The notes beneath the pieces are model-generated. The model searched no databases. It was given only the letters and a program-made list of their open reading frames with translations, and was not told where the DNA came from. Made by a program: the position numbers and the translations under genes. From positions 1,152,001 through 1,216,000 of the forward strand of contig CBDANF010000003.1 of assembly GCA_965197475.1 (NCBI GenBank): 64,000 bases of DNA, given 5' to 3'. Origin of the DNA: Candidatus Poribacteria bacterium. Its GTDB lineage: Bacteria > Poribacteria > WGA-4E > WGA-3G. Shown here in pieces: positions 21,401 through 32,208 of this stretch (positions are counted from its first letter, which is position 1; every line of letters begins with the position of its first letter).

Positions 21401-21570
21401 AGGTTTGGGAATATGAGGTCGGGGCGTATCAGGTGTGTGAGAAGTGGTTGAAGGATAGGAAGGGAGAGGCGTTAAGTCATGCGGAGGTGCGTCAGTATCG
21501 TTCTATTTTGGTTGCTGTTGCGGAAACGCTGCGGGTTGTGAGGGAGATTGATGGGGTGCTTGAATTTTAA
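18493..21570 (+). CDS. Single-chain restriction-modification enzyme (type IIG / helicase-less ISP-like): nuclease + N6-adenine MTase + specificity domain
   Basis: RPDF...GYIEAE, GVFYTP, LDPATGTGGF, GNPPY, YRPFD, DFPRIP. Confidence 0.88.
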   Translation: MSFQTHCDRYLERINQTRSDPDATPELSLLPHLKTFLEEIAVEFFDRPDITFTLEPRQIDQIGRPDFIARDGLLPLGYIEAEAYDRDLDRLTGHAREQNERFRENLDNFILTNFIDFELWIDGQRNTTARILENTSDLEVLLERFLSATPVQIETPIALAKYLARRTRELQTQIATTLTDENSNTYGMFTAFKETLLPTLTRDDFADMYAQTLTYGLFAARCTVPNATNFSRHTAAGALPSSNPFLKQLFHHVALPTLETNVTYILDNIATLLRNVPTEMLRTAFTARNPLEDPVIHFYETFLKEYNPKLRFDRGVFYTPPQVISYIVRSVDSLLKTELNRTDGLADDNTLILDPATGTGGFLLTVLDHIREYVTTNYGTGDWNQYINAQLVKRIFGFELLVAPYTIAHLKLSLFLQAQGWHANERLGIYLTNALEQPDEMQAPLPFAAFISDEANAALSVKRDEPILVILGNPPYKRHSVNPSRVGRNLTFIGELIEDYKQVDGEPLDEKNPKALQDDYVKFIRWAQWRIDKNGEGVIGYIVNNNFLDATTVRGMRQNLLDSFNAIYVLNLHGSIIKPEAVPKGKEDQNVFDIELGVTILLCVKERNNPSPAKVYYADMWGLREEKYKKLSETDVQTTEWTELQPTSSYYLFVPQETDYSAEYESGWKITDIFQTSSIGVVTARDRLTIQRTAEAIRETVTDFVSLSIDEAREKYKLGKDSQDWKVHLAQADLRSHPDTVQHITPIRYRPFDARWTYYTGQSNGFHCRPRPVNMSHLLQENLALCVCRIVPSPVWQHALVTDQITENCYVSNRGSESGHVFPLYLYPDSEALLGSTERELNFKPAFLTALAETLELPQTPPLKLPEGVAPEKILAYIYAVLYSPTYRERYYEFLKYDFPRIPLPQDIDQFRNLAALGQELISWHLLKDMQIPARHRFEGEGDGVVGKPRYEDGNVWINATQHFTDVSAEVWEYEVGAYQVCEKWLKDRKGEALSHAEVRQYRSILVAVAETLRVVREIDGVLEF

Positions 21571-21643
21571 ACGATCTAATACAACGTAGGTATGTTTTGT
21601 GTCAACGTGACGAATTTTGACAATCTGTTTTATGGAGGCTATT

Positions 21644-22954
21644 ATGGCTGAAGGACAATTTTTATTTGATTTGGATTATACTGAATTTTATGAGGCTTGG
21701 TCCCAGAAAAACCTTTCTAAGTTACAACAAAAATTTGATACAAGTCCAGTTAATATTTCCCGTAGTCTGCTAATATCCGAAGAAACTGAGGGCACTTATT
21801 GGTTGTTAGCAGATTTTGAGAATGAGAAATCTTACAATATTAGAAAGGAAAATGAAACAACGGTCGAAATATCAGAGGGTGTCGATATGGAAAAACGCTC
21901 TGATTTCTTAGGCGACGCTGGCACGATTGTTCCACGACTAAAAAGCGGTATAGGCACTCACACAGGAATTATTGATGCTTTAAAAAGACTTGATTTTAAC
22001 ATAGTTAACCTTGAAAACTTAAAACGTCCTGATTTATCAGTTAGAGGACTTAGCTTTGAGTCTGTATATCCAGATTTGGAAGTTGCCTATAAGTTGTTAG
22101 ATGAAATTCTTGCATCTCCGCGCGATGCACTTGTTAGTCTATCATCCTTGTATGTCCAGCAACTCAAGGACTACGTTCTCGAATCCTACGAAATGACCAG
22201 AAAAATTATTGATTTTGGAGTAGGAGGCAAAGACGAAAATATAAGAATACAGCATGAAGAACTTTTGCAAGAAATTAGTAAATTTTGTGATAGGGTGAAA
22301 AACTTTTCGCTTCAGGTTGCAGCTTATTTGTCGTCAAGGAGGGTAGAACAACTTGAGGAACAGGTTAAAACCATTCTTACTGCTTCTGAAGAAAAACTAA
22401 AGGAAATAGAGCAAACACACACTAAGTATCTAAACCGATTGAAAGAAATTCCTCTTTCAGAATTCAAAACAATTTTTGAGGACCAAGCAAAGAAACACGA
22501 ACAAATAGCCTCCTATTGGCTTTGGGCTACAGTTGGATTGGCTGTTTTGTTCGGTGGAATCTTTGTATGGTTATTTTGGTGGTTATTAATGAACGCCATA
22601 CCAACAGAGGTTAATATATCTGTCGTTCTATCAAATCTGTTTACCAAAGGTTTCTTCCTTTCCTTAGTTTTTCTACTTCTCAACCGTTCCATTAAAAATT
22701 ATACTGCTGAGAAACATTTAGAGGTTGTCAACACTCACCGTAAAAATGCATTAGCAACTTTTATAGCTTTTGCTGATTCGGCAGAGGCAAGTGACACTCG
22801 TGAACAAGTCTTATTGGCAGCAACGAAAACTATCTTTGATGCAAATCAGAGTGGATATTTGTCCGCTAAGACCAGCGGTTCTGATAGTGCGAGTCCAGTA
22901 CACCATTTTATTAAGGAAGTTTTACCTTCCAAATCATCTACAGGCAGTGATTAA
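21644..22954 (+). CDS. Coiled-coil plus two-TM membrane protein of unknown function
   Basis: GGAGG RBS before ATG 21644; coiled coil, two hydrophobic helices, soluble tail. Confidence 0.75.
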   Translation: MAEGQFLFDLDYTEFYEAWSQKNLSKLQQKFDTSPVNISRSLLISEETEGTYWLLADFENEKSYNIRKENETTVEISEGVDMEKRSDFLGDAGTIVPRLKSGIGTHTGIIDALKRLDFNIVNLENLKRPDLSVRGLSFESVYPDLEVAYKLLDEILASPRDALVSLSSLYVQQLKDYVLESYEMTRKIIDFGVGGKDENIRIQHEELLQEISKFCDRVKNFSLQVAAYLSSRRVEQLEEQVKTILTASEEKLKEIEQTHTKYLNRLKEIPLSEFKTIFEDQAKKHEQIASYWLWATVGLAVLFGGIFVWLFWWLLMNAIPTEVNISVVLSNLFTKGFFLSLVFLLLNRSIKNYTAEKHLEVVNTHRKNALATFIAFADSAEASDTREQVLLAATKTIFDANQSGYLSAKTSGSDSASPVHHFIKEVLPSKSSTGSD

Positions 22955-23191
22955 GCATGCTCGTGTAAGTAGTCCTTCCTTTGCTAATTCTAACGTTTGA
23001 ACAGCTTGCGTGCGGCTGACGGATGGGAAATCGTCCAAAAATTCGTCTAAGTCATCGCCTGCTTCCAAATAGTCAATGAGGTTTTTGATGGGAACACGCG
23101 TATTTTTGAAAACGGGCGTGCCACTCAAAATCCTCGGATTGCAGGTAATGATGTCTTTAAATGCCTGTGTTGTTTGTTTATCAAAATTCAT
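22934..23191 (-). CDS. DUF433-family (antitoxin-like) protein
   Basis: ILSGTPVFKNTRVPI...FLDDFP; AAGGAG RBS before ATG 23191. Confidence 0.88.
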   Translation of the reverse strand: MNFDKQTTQAFKDIITCNPRILSGTPVFKNTRVPIKNLIDYLEAGDDLDEFLDDFPSVSRTQAVQTLELAKEGLLTRACLITACR

Positions 23192-23228
23192 GCGTGTGTT
23201 TCTCCTTATAGGGAAATCCGACAGCAAT

Positions 23229-23444
23229 TTAAACAGATTTCCGTTTCTCAAAAAGTTCATGCCGCAGCAGCATGAGTTGCGATGCTTGCAACGTCTCTAA
23301 AGCATACATCTGCCCTTTGAGGTCGCTAAACTCAACTTCAAATACGTCCGGTTCATATTCTTCAACAATAGTACCGACCTGTCCACAGTATAACTTGAGT
23401 GCTGGCAAGTCTTCTAAAAGTGCAACCGTATCAAATAGTTTCAT
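23229..23444 (-). CDS. DUF4926-family protein
   Basis: FDTVALLEDLP...GQVGTIVE...FEVEFSD. Confidence 0.85.
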   Translation of the reverse strand: MKLFDTVALLEDLPALKLYCGQVGTIVEEYEPDVFEVEFSDLKGQMYALETLQASQLMLLRHELFEKRKSV

Positions 23445-23464
23445 TAGTTTCTCCTAAAACATTC

Positions 23465-24736
23465 TCAAGTATACAGCCCTTGCAGCACCTCAAAATAATT
23501 AGGAAATGTTTTGCTGACGCAATCAGGATCATTAATCCGAATCCCAGGCACCTTTAAGCCGATGAGTGAAAACGCCATTGCCACACGATGGTCGCTATAG
23601 GTATCAATCGCTGCGGGTGTAATAGGAAAAGGAGAGATTTCAAGTCCGTCTTGATGTTCAACCACAGGCACGCCTAATTTTCGGAGTTCTGTCACCATCG
23701 CGTGAATTCTGTCGGTCTCCTGCCAACGTGTATGCTCAATGTTTCGGATAGTGACTTTGCTATCAGCAAACGGGGCAATTGCGGCAAGCGTCAACGCGGT
23801 ATCCGAAATATCTTTCATGTCCACCTCAATACCTTTCAACTGATGCGGTCCCTTCACTTTAATTCCACTGTCAGAAACGTTGATTTGACACCCCATCTGC
23901 TCCAAAACACGCACAAATTGGACATCACCTTGTGCAGAATCTGTGGATAAATGCTTCACGGTGACGCATCCACCGGTGAGTGCTGCGGCGGCGAAAAAGT
24001 AGGACGCACTGGAGGCATCCGGCTCAATGTGGTAAGAACATGGTTGATACTGCTGCCCACCTGCAATGTGGAAATGTGTATAATCTTTGTGGATAACTTG
24101 TGCACCGAACACCTCCATAACCGCCATCGTAATGTCAATATATGGTGTTTTGAGGTCGCCAATAACTTCTATCTCCATACCTTTTTTGGCATAGGGCGCG
24201 ATGAGCATCAACGATGTTAAAAACTGACTGCTTTTACTGGCATCAAGTCGTGTTTTCCCACCTTCGATCCCATCTGCTTGCACAACAACAGGGAGATGAC
24301 CGTTCTCAAATTGTGAGCGTACCAAAACACCAAGCTGCGTCAGTGCGTCAAGTAAATCTGATATAGGACGACCGCGCCGCATCGGTTCATCGCCGTCGAT
24401 CACAAATTCACCGTGGCCGAGAGACACAAAACTGATAAGTGAACGTGTTGTTGTGCCTGAGTTGCCTACATAGAGGTCCGCACCTTGAGCGGGGATATTT
24501 CCGCCATTTCCGGTAACATGAAAGGTGGCTTGTTCTCTATTTTCCACAATGTGGATACCGAGTTTTCGGAGTGCGTTGCACATATAGTGCGTATCATCGC
24601 TGAAAAGTGCACCTGTCAACGTAGAGTCTCCGTGCGCGAGTGCAGCAACTAACAAGGCACGGTTCGTGAAACTTTTAGAACCAGGCACCGCTATCGTAAC
24701 ATTAGGGGGGTTAGAAATCGGTTGTATTTCAATCAT
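23465..24736 (-). CDS. aroA: EPSP synthase
   Basis: PGSKSFTNR, GNSGTT, SSQF, ETDR, DHRVAMAF, KTFP. Confidence 0.97.
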   Translation of the reverse strand: MIEIQPISNPPNVTIAVPGSKSFTNRALLVAALAHGDSTLTGALFSDDTHYMCNALRKLGIHIVENREQATFHVTGNGGNIPAQGADLYVGNSGTTTRSLISFVSLGHGEFVIDGDEPMRRGRPISDLLDALTQLGVLVRSQFENGHLPVVVQADGIEGGKTRLDASKSSQFLTSLMLIAPYAKKGMEIEVIGDLKTPYIDITMAVMEVFGAQVIHKDYTHFHIAGGQQYQPCSYHIEPDASSASYFFAAAALTGGCVTVKHLSTDSAQGDVQFVRVLEQMGCQINVSDSGIKVKGPHQLKGIEVDMKDISDTALTLAAIAPFADSKVTIRNIEHTRWQETDRIHAMVTELRKLGVPVVEHQDGLEISPFPITPAAIDTYSDHRVAMAFSLIGLKVPGIRINDPDCVSKTFPNYFEVLQGLYT

Positions 24737-24742
24737 TTTTGT

Positions 24743-25642
<900 letters not shown>

Positions 25643-25770
25643 TATTGCCCTCTCTTGTTTCGCTAAATTGTAACATAATTGCAGTTTAGCAAAGCCCAAT
25701 TTAAATGTCAATAACTTCCCAAATGTGTTATTATATTGGAATCCAACGAATTTGCAGATGAAAGATATTT

Positions 25771-27561
25771 ATGAATATTCGGACACAACTGACACTTAGT
25801 TACATAGGCATCGTGCTTTTGGTACTGTTTGGAATGTACCTTTACCTTGGAACAACACTTGAAGGGGCACTTAGCAGTCGTATTAACAGCGAATTGGAGG
25901 TTCAGGCGGAGTTAACGAGAGAATTCCTAATTGAGGAACTCCCTGCAGAAGATAACTTTACTTATAAAATGATAGATGGTCTTGTTGATAGACTTGGAGA
26001 GACAGGCAAGGCACGTTTGACGTTCATAGGCGTGGATGGAATTGTTTGGGGTGATACGGAACGAGATGGGGAGTCGCTGCGTCAAATGGACAACCATCTC
26101 GATCATCCAGAGGTACAGGAAGCTATTAAGAATGGTAGTGGTATCCGAGACCGTCGCAGCGATACAACACAGACTGAATTCCGTTACTTTGCGCTGCCAG
26201 TTGAACAAAACGGGACTTTAATAGGTTTTTGCCGTGTTGCGCTGCCGATGGAAGCTGTTAATACGACGATCAGTAACCTCTACCGAAGACTGTTGTACGC
26301 GAGTATTGCTGGGTTGATTCTTGTCATTTTGTTCGGAATTTTTAGTACCGGTGCTATTGTCAAGCCGATTAAGAAGTTGACGCAGATCACGCAATCCATT
26401 GCTGCAGGTGAAGTTACTTCGCGAGTTGAGGTTAAATCTGATAATGAGTTAGGGCAACTCTCACGGAATTTCAATCTAATAACAGATAGGGTGCAAGAAC
26501 AGATTGGCAAGATTTCATCAGAAAATCAGCGTTTAGAAACCATCTTGAACAACATGAGCGAAGGTGTGTTGTTGGTAAATGGTGCATCCGAGATTACCTA
26601 TGCCAATCCAGCCGCGATCGTTATGTTAAACCTTCCAGAAATGTATGTCGGTAGGGCGTTAATTGAAATAAACCGTATTCCCGAACTACAAGCTTTACTT
26701 AGGGAGGCAGAACAAACAGGAGATGTTGCTTTTGCAGAAATTCGTCTCGGGAATCTGAAGGAGTCAGAGGCAGAGGTAACCATAGTGCCTGTAGCTTCAC
26801 AGAGTGAGTATGTTGTTGTTATCCACGATGTTAGCCATGTGCGAAAACTGGAGCAGATTCGCGCTGACTTCGTAGCAAACGTTTCACATGAATTGCGAAC
26901 GCCTTTGACCACAATTCACGGATACGCTGAAACTTTGTTGAATAACGGGTCTACTAAAAGCAAAAAACGCAAGGAATTTATTGTCAAGATACTAAATCAC
27001 TCTGCTCGTCTCTCACGCTTGGTCTCCGATTTGCTGGAATTGGCACGTCTTGAATCGGGAGATGTTGAGTTGAAACGTTCACAATGCCACCTGAATGCTT
27101 TCCATGAACCGATTTTGGATGTGTTCGAACCGGTGCTGGAAGAATCAGGCGTAACCTTGAAATGGGAAATACCCGAAAATTTGCCTCAAGTGAGCGTGGA
27201 TAGTCAGCTTTTCATGCAGGTTTTTGTCAACCTCATTGACAATGCTATTAAATATACCCCTGATGAGGGTGTAATTGGCGTTTCAGCGGAATTAGGTGGA
27301 ACAAACTCTGACGCTGCCAATGAAGTTGTTGTCCATATAACAGACTCTGGCATCGGTATTCCATTAGAGTCCCAATCTCGCGTTTTCGAGCGGTTTTATC
27401 GTGTTGATAAAGGACGCGCGCGGGAAATGGGTGGCACCGGTTTAGGATTAGCAATTACCAAGCATATTTTGCTGTGCCATAAAGGACGGATATGGTTGGA
27501 AAGCGAATTGGGTCAAGGCACCGTGTTTCATTTTGCGCTACCGCTTGAAAAACAGGATTAA
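25771..27561 (+). CDS. PhoR-like sensor histidine kinase (HAMP, PAS)
   Basis: FVANVSHELRTPLT, NLIDNAIKY, DSGIGI, FERFYRVDKGR, GGTGLGL. Confidence 0.92.
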   Translation: MNIRTQLTLSYIGIVLLVLFGMYLYLGTTLEGALSSRINSELEVQAELTREFLIEELPAEDNFTYKMIDGLVDRLGETGKARLTFIGVDGIVWGDTERDGESLRQMDNHLDHPEVQEAIKNGSGIRDRRSDTTQTEFRYFALPVEQNGTLIGFCRVALPMEAVNTTISNLYRRLLYASIAGLILVILFGIFSTGAIVKPIKKLTQITQSIAAGEVTSRVEVKSDNELGQLSRNFNLITDRVQEQIGKISSENQRLETILNNMSEGVLLVNGASEITYANPAAIVMLNLPEMYVGRALIEINRIPELQALLREAEQTGDVAFAEIRLGNLKESEAEVTIVPVASQSEYVVVIHDVSHVRKLEQIRADFVANVSHELRTPLTTIHGYAETLLNNGSTKSKKRKEFIVKILNHSARLSRLVSDLLELARLESGDVELKRSQCHLNAFHEPILDVFEPVLEESGVTLKWEIPENLPQVSVDSQLFMQVFVNLIDNAIKYTPDEGVIGVSAELGGTNSDAANEVVVHITDSGIGIPLESQSRVFERFYRVDKGRAREMGGTGLGLAITKHILLCHKGRIWLESELGQGTVFHFALPLEKQD

Positions 27562-28235
27562 ATCTGCCATGCCTGTTCTGTCCATGCCATCTCCCAAAAC
27601 AGATACTCATAACGACTACTAAGTAGAAAGTTTTTCTGGAGCCGCTCTTTTTCGGCAAGGCTGCTATCAGTTGTGATATCGTTCAACAGGTTTCGTAGCC
27701 ATTCACCTAAAGCAAGGAATTCAGGTGATGCATACATATCTATCCATTCTTGGTATAGCGGTTCGGGGGAACCACCCTGTTCGGAGAGAGTTGTGCCGAT
27801 TTCGGCGTAACCCCATTGGCATGGGAGCACACCTGCAATGACATCTGCCAACGTGCCGATTTGTGCGACGTGAAGCAGATGTCGCGTATAAGCGTGTGTT
27901 GTGGGTGCTACCGGTGCCGCTTCCATTTCAGCGGGAGAGATGCCGAATTTTTCGCAATACCAGCGATGCAAATCCATTTCAGTGTTCAACGTTTCGTTGA
28001 GCAATTTTGCAAAGAGTGCCATTGTCGCTTCATTGGGTGCTTTGATAACGCCATAAGCAAATACACGGCTATAATCCAATAGAAACAGGTAATCTTGGAT
28101 TAGGTAGAATTTGAACTTTTCTTTCGGTAGAGTCCCATCCGCCATTCCGCGAACGAATGGATGCTTAAGGTCTGCCTCCCAGATTGGTGCAGCATATTGC
28201 CTCAGTTCATCGGTGAATTTGGAATTTTGTGTCAT
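27558..28235 (-). CDS. tenA: Thiaminase II
   Basis: HPFV, YLIQDYLFL, catalytic PCQWGY, YEYLFWEMA. Confidence 0.93.
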   Translation of the reverse strand: MTQNSKFTDELRQYAAPIWEADLKHPFVRGMADGTLPKEKFKFYLIQDYLFLLDYSRVFAYGVIKAPNEATMALFAKLLNETLNTEMDLHRWYCEKFGISPAEMEAAPVAPTTHAYTRHLLHVAQIGTLADVIAGVLPCQWGYAEIGTTLSEQGGSPEPLYQEWIDMYASPEFLALGEWLRNLLNDITTDSSLAEKERLQKNFLLSSRYEYLFWEMAWTEQAWQI

Positions 28236-28294
28236 AATGTCTTCTTGAAATGTATTATACCAAATTAACGAGATTAGTCTGATTTTTTGGCAGA

Positions 28295-31200
28295 CATAGT
28301 TTTTTAACCCTACTATTTTAGAACTAACATCTTACGCACAGCACTAAAATCATCTGCTGCGAATTTATAGAAATAGATACCACTTGCAGCAGCCTCACCG
28401 TGTTCATTTGTCCCATCCCAATATGCCGCGCGGATCCGACTCTGATATGAACCGGGCAACTTATGCCCTAACGCCAAAGTTCGCACCACATCACCCGTTA
28501 TAGCATAGATTGTCACCGTCACATCGCTGGACTTTGCCAACTGATAAGGTATCCACGTCTCCGGGTTGCACGGGTTCGGGAAATTAGGTAAGGCTCTCGT
28601 CTTCGGGTGAATCGTGGTCGTTGTGCTAATTTCTGCGGTTTGGGTGCTGTCACAGTTTGATGTGGCAGTGACTTTAACCACATATTCACCGGGAATATTG
28701 AGTTCGCTTCCTGGAATCTTCAATGTTTCATCTGAAGATGCTCCTGGGGCAAGCAACACCGACGCTCGGCTTAAGGTGCCAGTTGCATTTCCGGACGTTG
28801 TTAATTTTATCGTCCCGTCTGTATCACCACTGTTGGTGACGGTGAAGTAATAGGTGACACCTGTGCTTGCATCCTGCGTTTGGCTCGTCAGATCGCCTAG
28901 CCCTGCTAACCCGATACTACAAGTGCGCACGGGCGGTTCAACTTCAACACTCTGTGCCAATTCAACGATTTCACTCGGTCTCAGCACTCTATCGTAGAGG
29001 CGTACTTCATCAATGAGTCCCGCCCATGACCTGTTTTCGTCCTTTGCCCCTTTTCCAATTAACAATGTTTTTGCGCCAGTCACGCTACCGCGGGTTGCGG
29101 GACTATTAATAAATGTGGGTTGGTCAAGCACACCGTTAATGTAGAGCGTTAACCCGCGCCCGCTCTGCCATGTCAACGCAAGATGTTGCCAATCGGTGGT
29201 TTGTACATCGCTGGCACTCTCATAACGCTGCTTACCCTTTGTTGTGTCAATACTTGCTTTGATAACATTCCTTCCTTTTCCATTTGATCCTTCCTTATCG
29301 TAGCGTAATGAAAATATCTCATCTGATCCATTAGGAGTTTTCGGAAAAACAAAACCTCTGTCAGTATCAGCATAATCCGATTTGATCCAGAGGCTAAGTG
29401 TAAAAGCTGTCTGTCCATTGATGAGGTTCGCGCCATTAGTGACGGTTGCCCCGCCGCTGCTACCGTCAAATTGGATCGCACTTCCAATTTGTCCTTCATT
29501 AGGAACTATAGTTGCACCATTTTGAAGAGTTACGTCATTGTTCCCGATCACATCGACGGAAATGTTTTCATTCACTGTGTCAAAGGACCAGTGGTTTCTC
29601 AATCCATCATGTAGGTCTGTGTCTCTTGCATTCTCCGATAAAACGTAGATAATTATCGTCAGCTGCGTTGTTTCTTCGGTATCACCTTGTGAGGTAGCAG
29701 TAACTTTAATAACATGATCACCGACAGCCAGCGAAGTCCCCGATATATCTAGCGTTATATCCGTAGATGCACCGGGGGCAAGCGTTACCGATGTTTTGCT
29801 TAAGATCGCAGTAATATCATCTGATGTCGTCAATTGGATTGTATCATTTGTATTGCCAGTGTTTGTGAGGGTAAGCGGAAAACTAATTTCTTGACTTGCT
29901 CGCTGTATCTCGGCGGTTAAACTGTTCACCCCTTGCAGCGTGATTCCATGTATTTCACGAATAGTTATTCTGGCAGTGAGCTGCGCGGTTTTGGTGGTAT
30001 CGCCCTGTGAAGTAGCAGTGACTTCAACCATGCGTTCACCTGCAGTTGCAAGCGTTGTGCCCGGCACCGTTAACCTCACAACAGAAGATGCGCCGGGGGC
30101 AAGCGATACCGATGTCGCGCTTAAGGCCGCATTCACATTACCCGATGTTGTTAATTGGATTGTATCCCTTGTGGTGCCGGTGTTCGTAGCGGTAAAGGCA
30201 TATTGGATGCCGCTTCCTGTATCAATCACCTCAGGTGTCAAATTAACTATACCTGTTAAAGTGACACCGTGAGCAGATGCCTCTCTATTGTTAACGCGTG
30301 GCAGTCTTGCGATTTCTCTGGCACTCAGTGCTCTATTGTAAAGGCGGACATCATCAATCAAGCCATCCCACCCACGACTCTCATCTTTACCGCCTCTTCC
30401 GATGACTAATTTGCTAACATTGGATAGGGTGCCCGAGATAGCGGGTCGAACAAATGAGGGTGTATCAAGCCTGCCATTGATATAGAGTTTCATCGTTTCG
30501 CCGCTGTGCCATGTCAATGCAAGGTGTTGCCACACTTCGGTGGTTTGCACATTGCCTGAACTCTCAAGCGATTGTGATCCACTTGTTGTCGTAATACCGG
30601 CTTTGATGACGTTACGTTGACCGCCGTTATAACCATCCTTATCATACCGGAAACCGAAAAAATGATCTTCGCCATTAGGGTTTCTGCCATTTATAAAGCC
30701 TCTGTCGGTGCGAATGCCATTAGATTTCACCCAAAGACATAGCGAGAAAGCACTCAGCCCGTTGATCAACTCTGCACTGTCCACAACAGTGGCATTCTGC
30801 TTACTGCCATCATTCTTAAACGCACCCCCAATTTTACCTTCGTTAAATGCTAAGGTAGCACCACTGGAAATATTCGCATAATTACTTGTCCCACTCACAT
30901 CAAATGCAAACTTACCTCCTGCCTCATCAAAGGTCCAATGACCGATTAACCCATCATCTACCCCTGATGCTCCCGGAGAAATGTCCAATACCATATATGG
31001 CCTCACATTTTTGAACGAAATCCACTTTGATGCCCGGTTGCCATCAACATCAAATATATTTAACCTGGCACCATTCCCCGTAGAAATATATTCAACGAAA
31101 TCTCTTTCACCCTGCAAAGGGTAACATCCATACATTGACAACCCGTCTCCCTTTGGCGAGCTAGTTTGCAGCTGTGCATGATGGAGCCTTACATCACTAC

Positions 31201-32208
31201 CAGTCACCTCAAAATATGCGTGATACCGCCTCGGTGGATACGCAATAACCGGAAGGTCTTTAATCTTTGGATCTTTTCCGGAGGTTCGTTCCGTATTGAA
31301 AAATGGGCTAACATCCAACCGGTGTGCTGCACATGCGGAAAGCCTGTCTTGCGGTCCTGGACCGTAGGACATGATATATCTTCCACTACGCCAATCGTGA
31401 GGCAATCCGAAGTTGTGTCCGATTTCATGGGCAACAGTTAAAAATGTAGCACAAAAACCGTGGGCAGGAATAAGCGAATATTTCCCGACAGCAAAACCAC
31501 AATTCTCATTCACTGTTCGCCCACCATGTTCAATAAAAATAAGTATGATGGACCTGTGTGTTTGCACCTGACTCTTAACTTCGCTAATGCTTCTTCCTGC
31601 GTCCTTCCGATAATCCGTCGAATTCCTTCTTCCCACGACATGATTCACCAGAACATTCCCATTTGCATCAGTCTCATACCGAAATGATTTCCTACCGTAC
31701 CCGTGGTTTTCCATCTGGTCCGCGTAAAACTTATGCACACGTTTTATTAAACTATTTAACTTTGAGTCTATGTTTTGCCGAGGATCAAGGTTTTTTGCAC
31801 GAAAATAGACAGTCCTCACTATATATTCTTCTTGTGCAAAACTTGGTTGTAAAAATCCCAACAACAGTGTTATCATCACAAAAAACAGTATATATTTCAT
31901 AGTTTTTTAACCCCTACTACTTTAGAACTAACATCTTACGCACAGCAGAAAAATCATCTGCTGTGAATTTATAGAAATAGACACCACTTGCTGCAGCCTC
32001 GCCATGTTCATTTGTGCCATCCCAATATGCCGCCCGGCTCCGACTCTGATATGAACCGGGCAACTGATGCCCTAACGCCAAAGTTCGCACCACATCACCC
32101 GTTATAGCATAGATTGTCACCGTCACATCGCTGGACTTTTCCAACTGATAAGATATCCACGTCTCCGGATTGCACGGGTTCGGAAAATTGGGTAAGGCTC
32201 TCGTCTTC
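28295..32208. repeat. Direct repeat pair 28295-28604 / 31898-32208 (CTD, stop, downstream spacer and ATG)
   Basis: Near-identical by eye, from CATAGTTTTTTAACCC to GCTCTCGTCTTC. Confidence 0.9.
28313..31900 (-). CDS. Secreted metzincin-like protease + 2 LamG + 3 Ig-like (NEW3-type) domains + FlgD/T9SS-like C-terminal domain (paralog 1)
   Basis: Signal peptide; HEIGHNFGLPHD and YIMSY Met-turn; WQHLALTW...IDDVRLYNRAL; PNFPNPCNPETWIPYQL tail. Confidence 0.85.
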   Translation of the reverse strand: MKYILFFVMITLLLGFLQPSFAQEEYIVRTVYFRAKNLDPRQNIDSKLNSLIKRVHKFYADQMENHGYGRKSFRYETDANGNVLVNHVVGRRNSTDYRKDAGRSISEVKSQVQTHRSIILIFIEHGGRTVNENCGFAVGKYSLIPAHGFCATFLTVAHEIGHNFGLPHDWRSGRYIMSYGPGPQDRLSACAAHRLDVSPFFNTERTSGKDPKIKDLPVIAYPPRRYHAYFEVTGSDVRLHHAQLQTSSPKGDGLSMYGCYPLQGERDFVEYISTGNGARLNIFDVDGNRASKWISFKNVRPYMVLDISPGASGVDDGLIGHWTFDEAGGKFAFDVSGTSNYANISSGATLAFNEGKIGGAFKNDGSKQNATVVDSAELINGLSAFSLCLWVKSNGIRTDRGFINGRNPNGEDHFFGFRYDKDGYNGGQRNVIKAGITTTSGSQSLESSGNVQTTEVWQHLALTWHSGETMKLYINGRLDTPSFVRPAISGTLSNVSKLVIGRGGKDESRGWDGLIDDVRLYNRALSAREIARLPRVNNREASAHGVTLTGIVNLTPEVIDTGSGIQYAFTATNTGTTRDTIQLTTSGNVNAALSATSVSLAPGASSVVRLTVPGTTLATAGERMVEVTATSQGDTTKTAQLTARITIREIHGITLQGVNSLTAEIQRASQEISFPLTLTNTGNTNDTIQLTTSDDITAILSKTSVTLAPGASTDITLDISGTSLAVGDHVIKVTATSQGDTEETTQLTIIIYVLSENARDTDLHDGLRNHWSFDTVNENISVDVIGNNDVTLQNGATIVPNEGQIGSAIQFDGSSGGATVTNGANLINGQTAFTLSLWIKSDYADTDRGFVFPKTPNGSDEIFSLRYDKEGSNGKGRNVIKASIDTTKGKQRYESASDVQTTDWQHLALTWQSGRGLTLYINGVLDQPTFINSPATRGSVTGAKTLLIGKGAKDENRSWAGLIDEVRLYDRVLRPSEIVELAQSVEVEPPVRTCSIGLAGLGDLTSQTQDASTGVTYYFTVTNSGDTDGTIKLTTSGNATGTLSRASVLLAPGASSDETLKIPGSELNIPGEYVVKVTATSNCDSTQTAEISTTTTIHPKTRALPNFPNPCNPETWIPYQLAKSSDVTVTIYAITGDVVRTLALGHKLPGSYQSRIRAAYWDGTNEHGEAAASGIYFYKFAADDFSAVRKMLVLK

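Noticed and set aside
25771-27561. Assigning the symbol phoR
   Set aside because: No adjacent phoB or pst genes, so it is called PhoR-like only.
28295-32208. C-terminal repeat pair as a DGR template/variable repeat
   Set aside because: Both copies are coding, the differences are not confined to adenines, and no reverse transcriptase is in the window.
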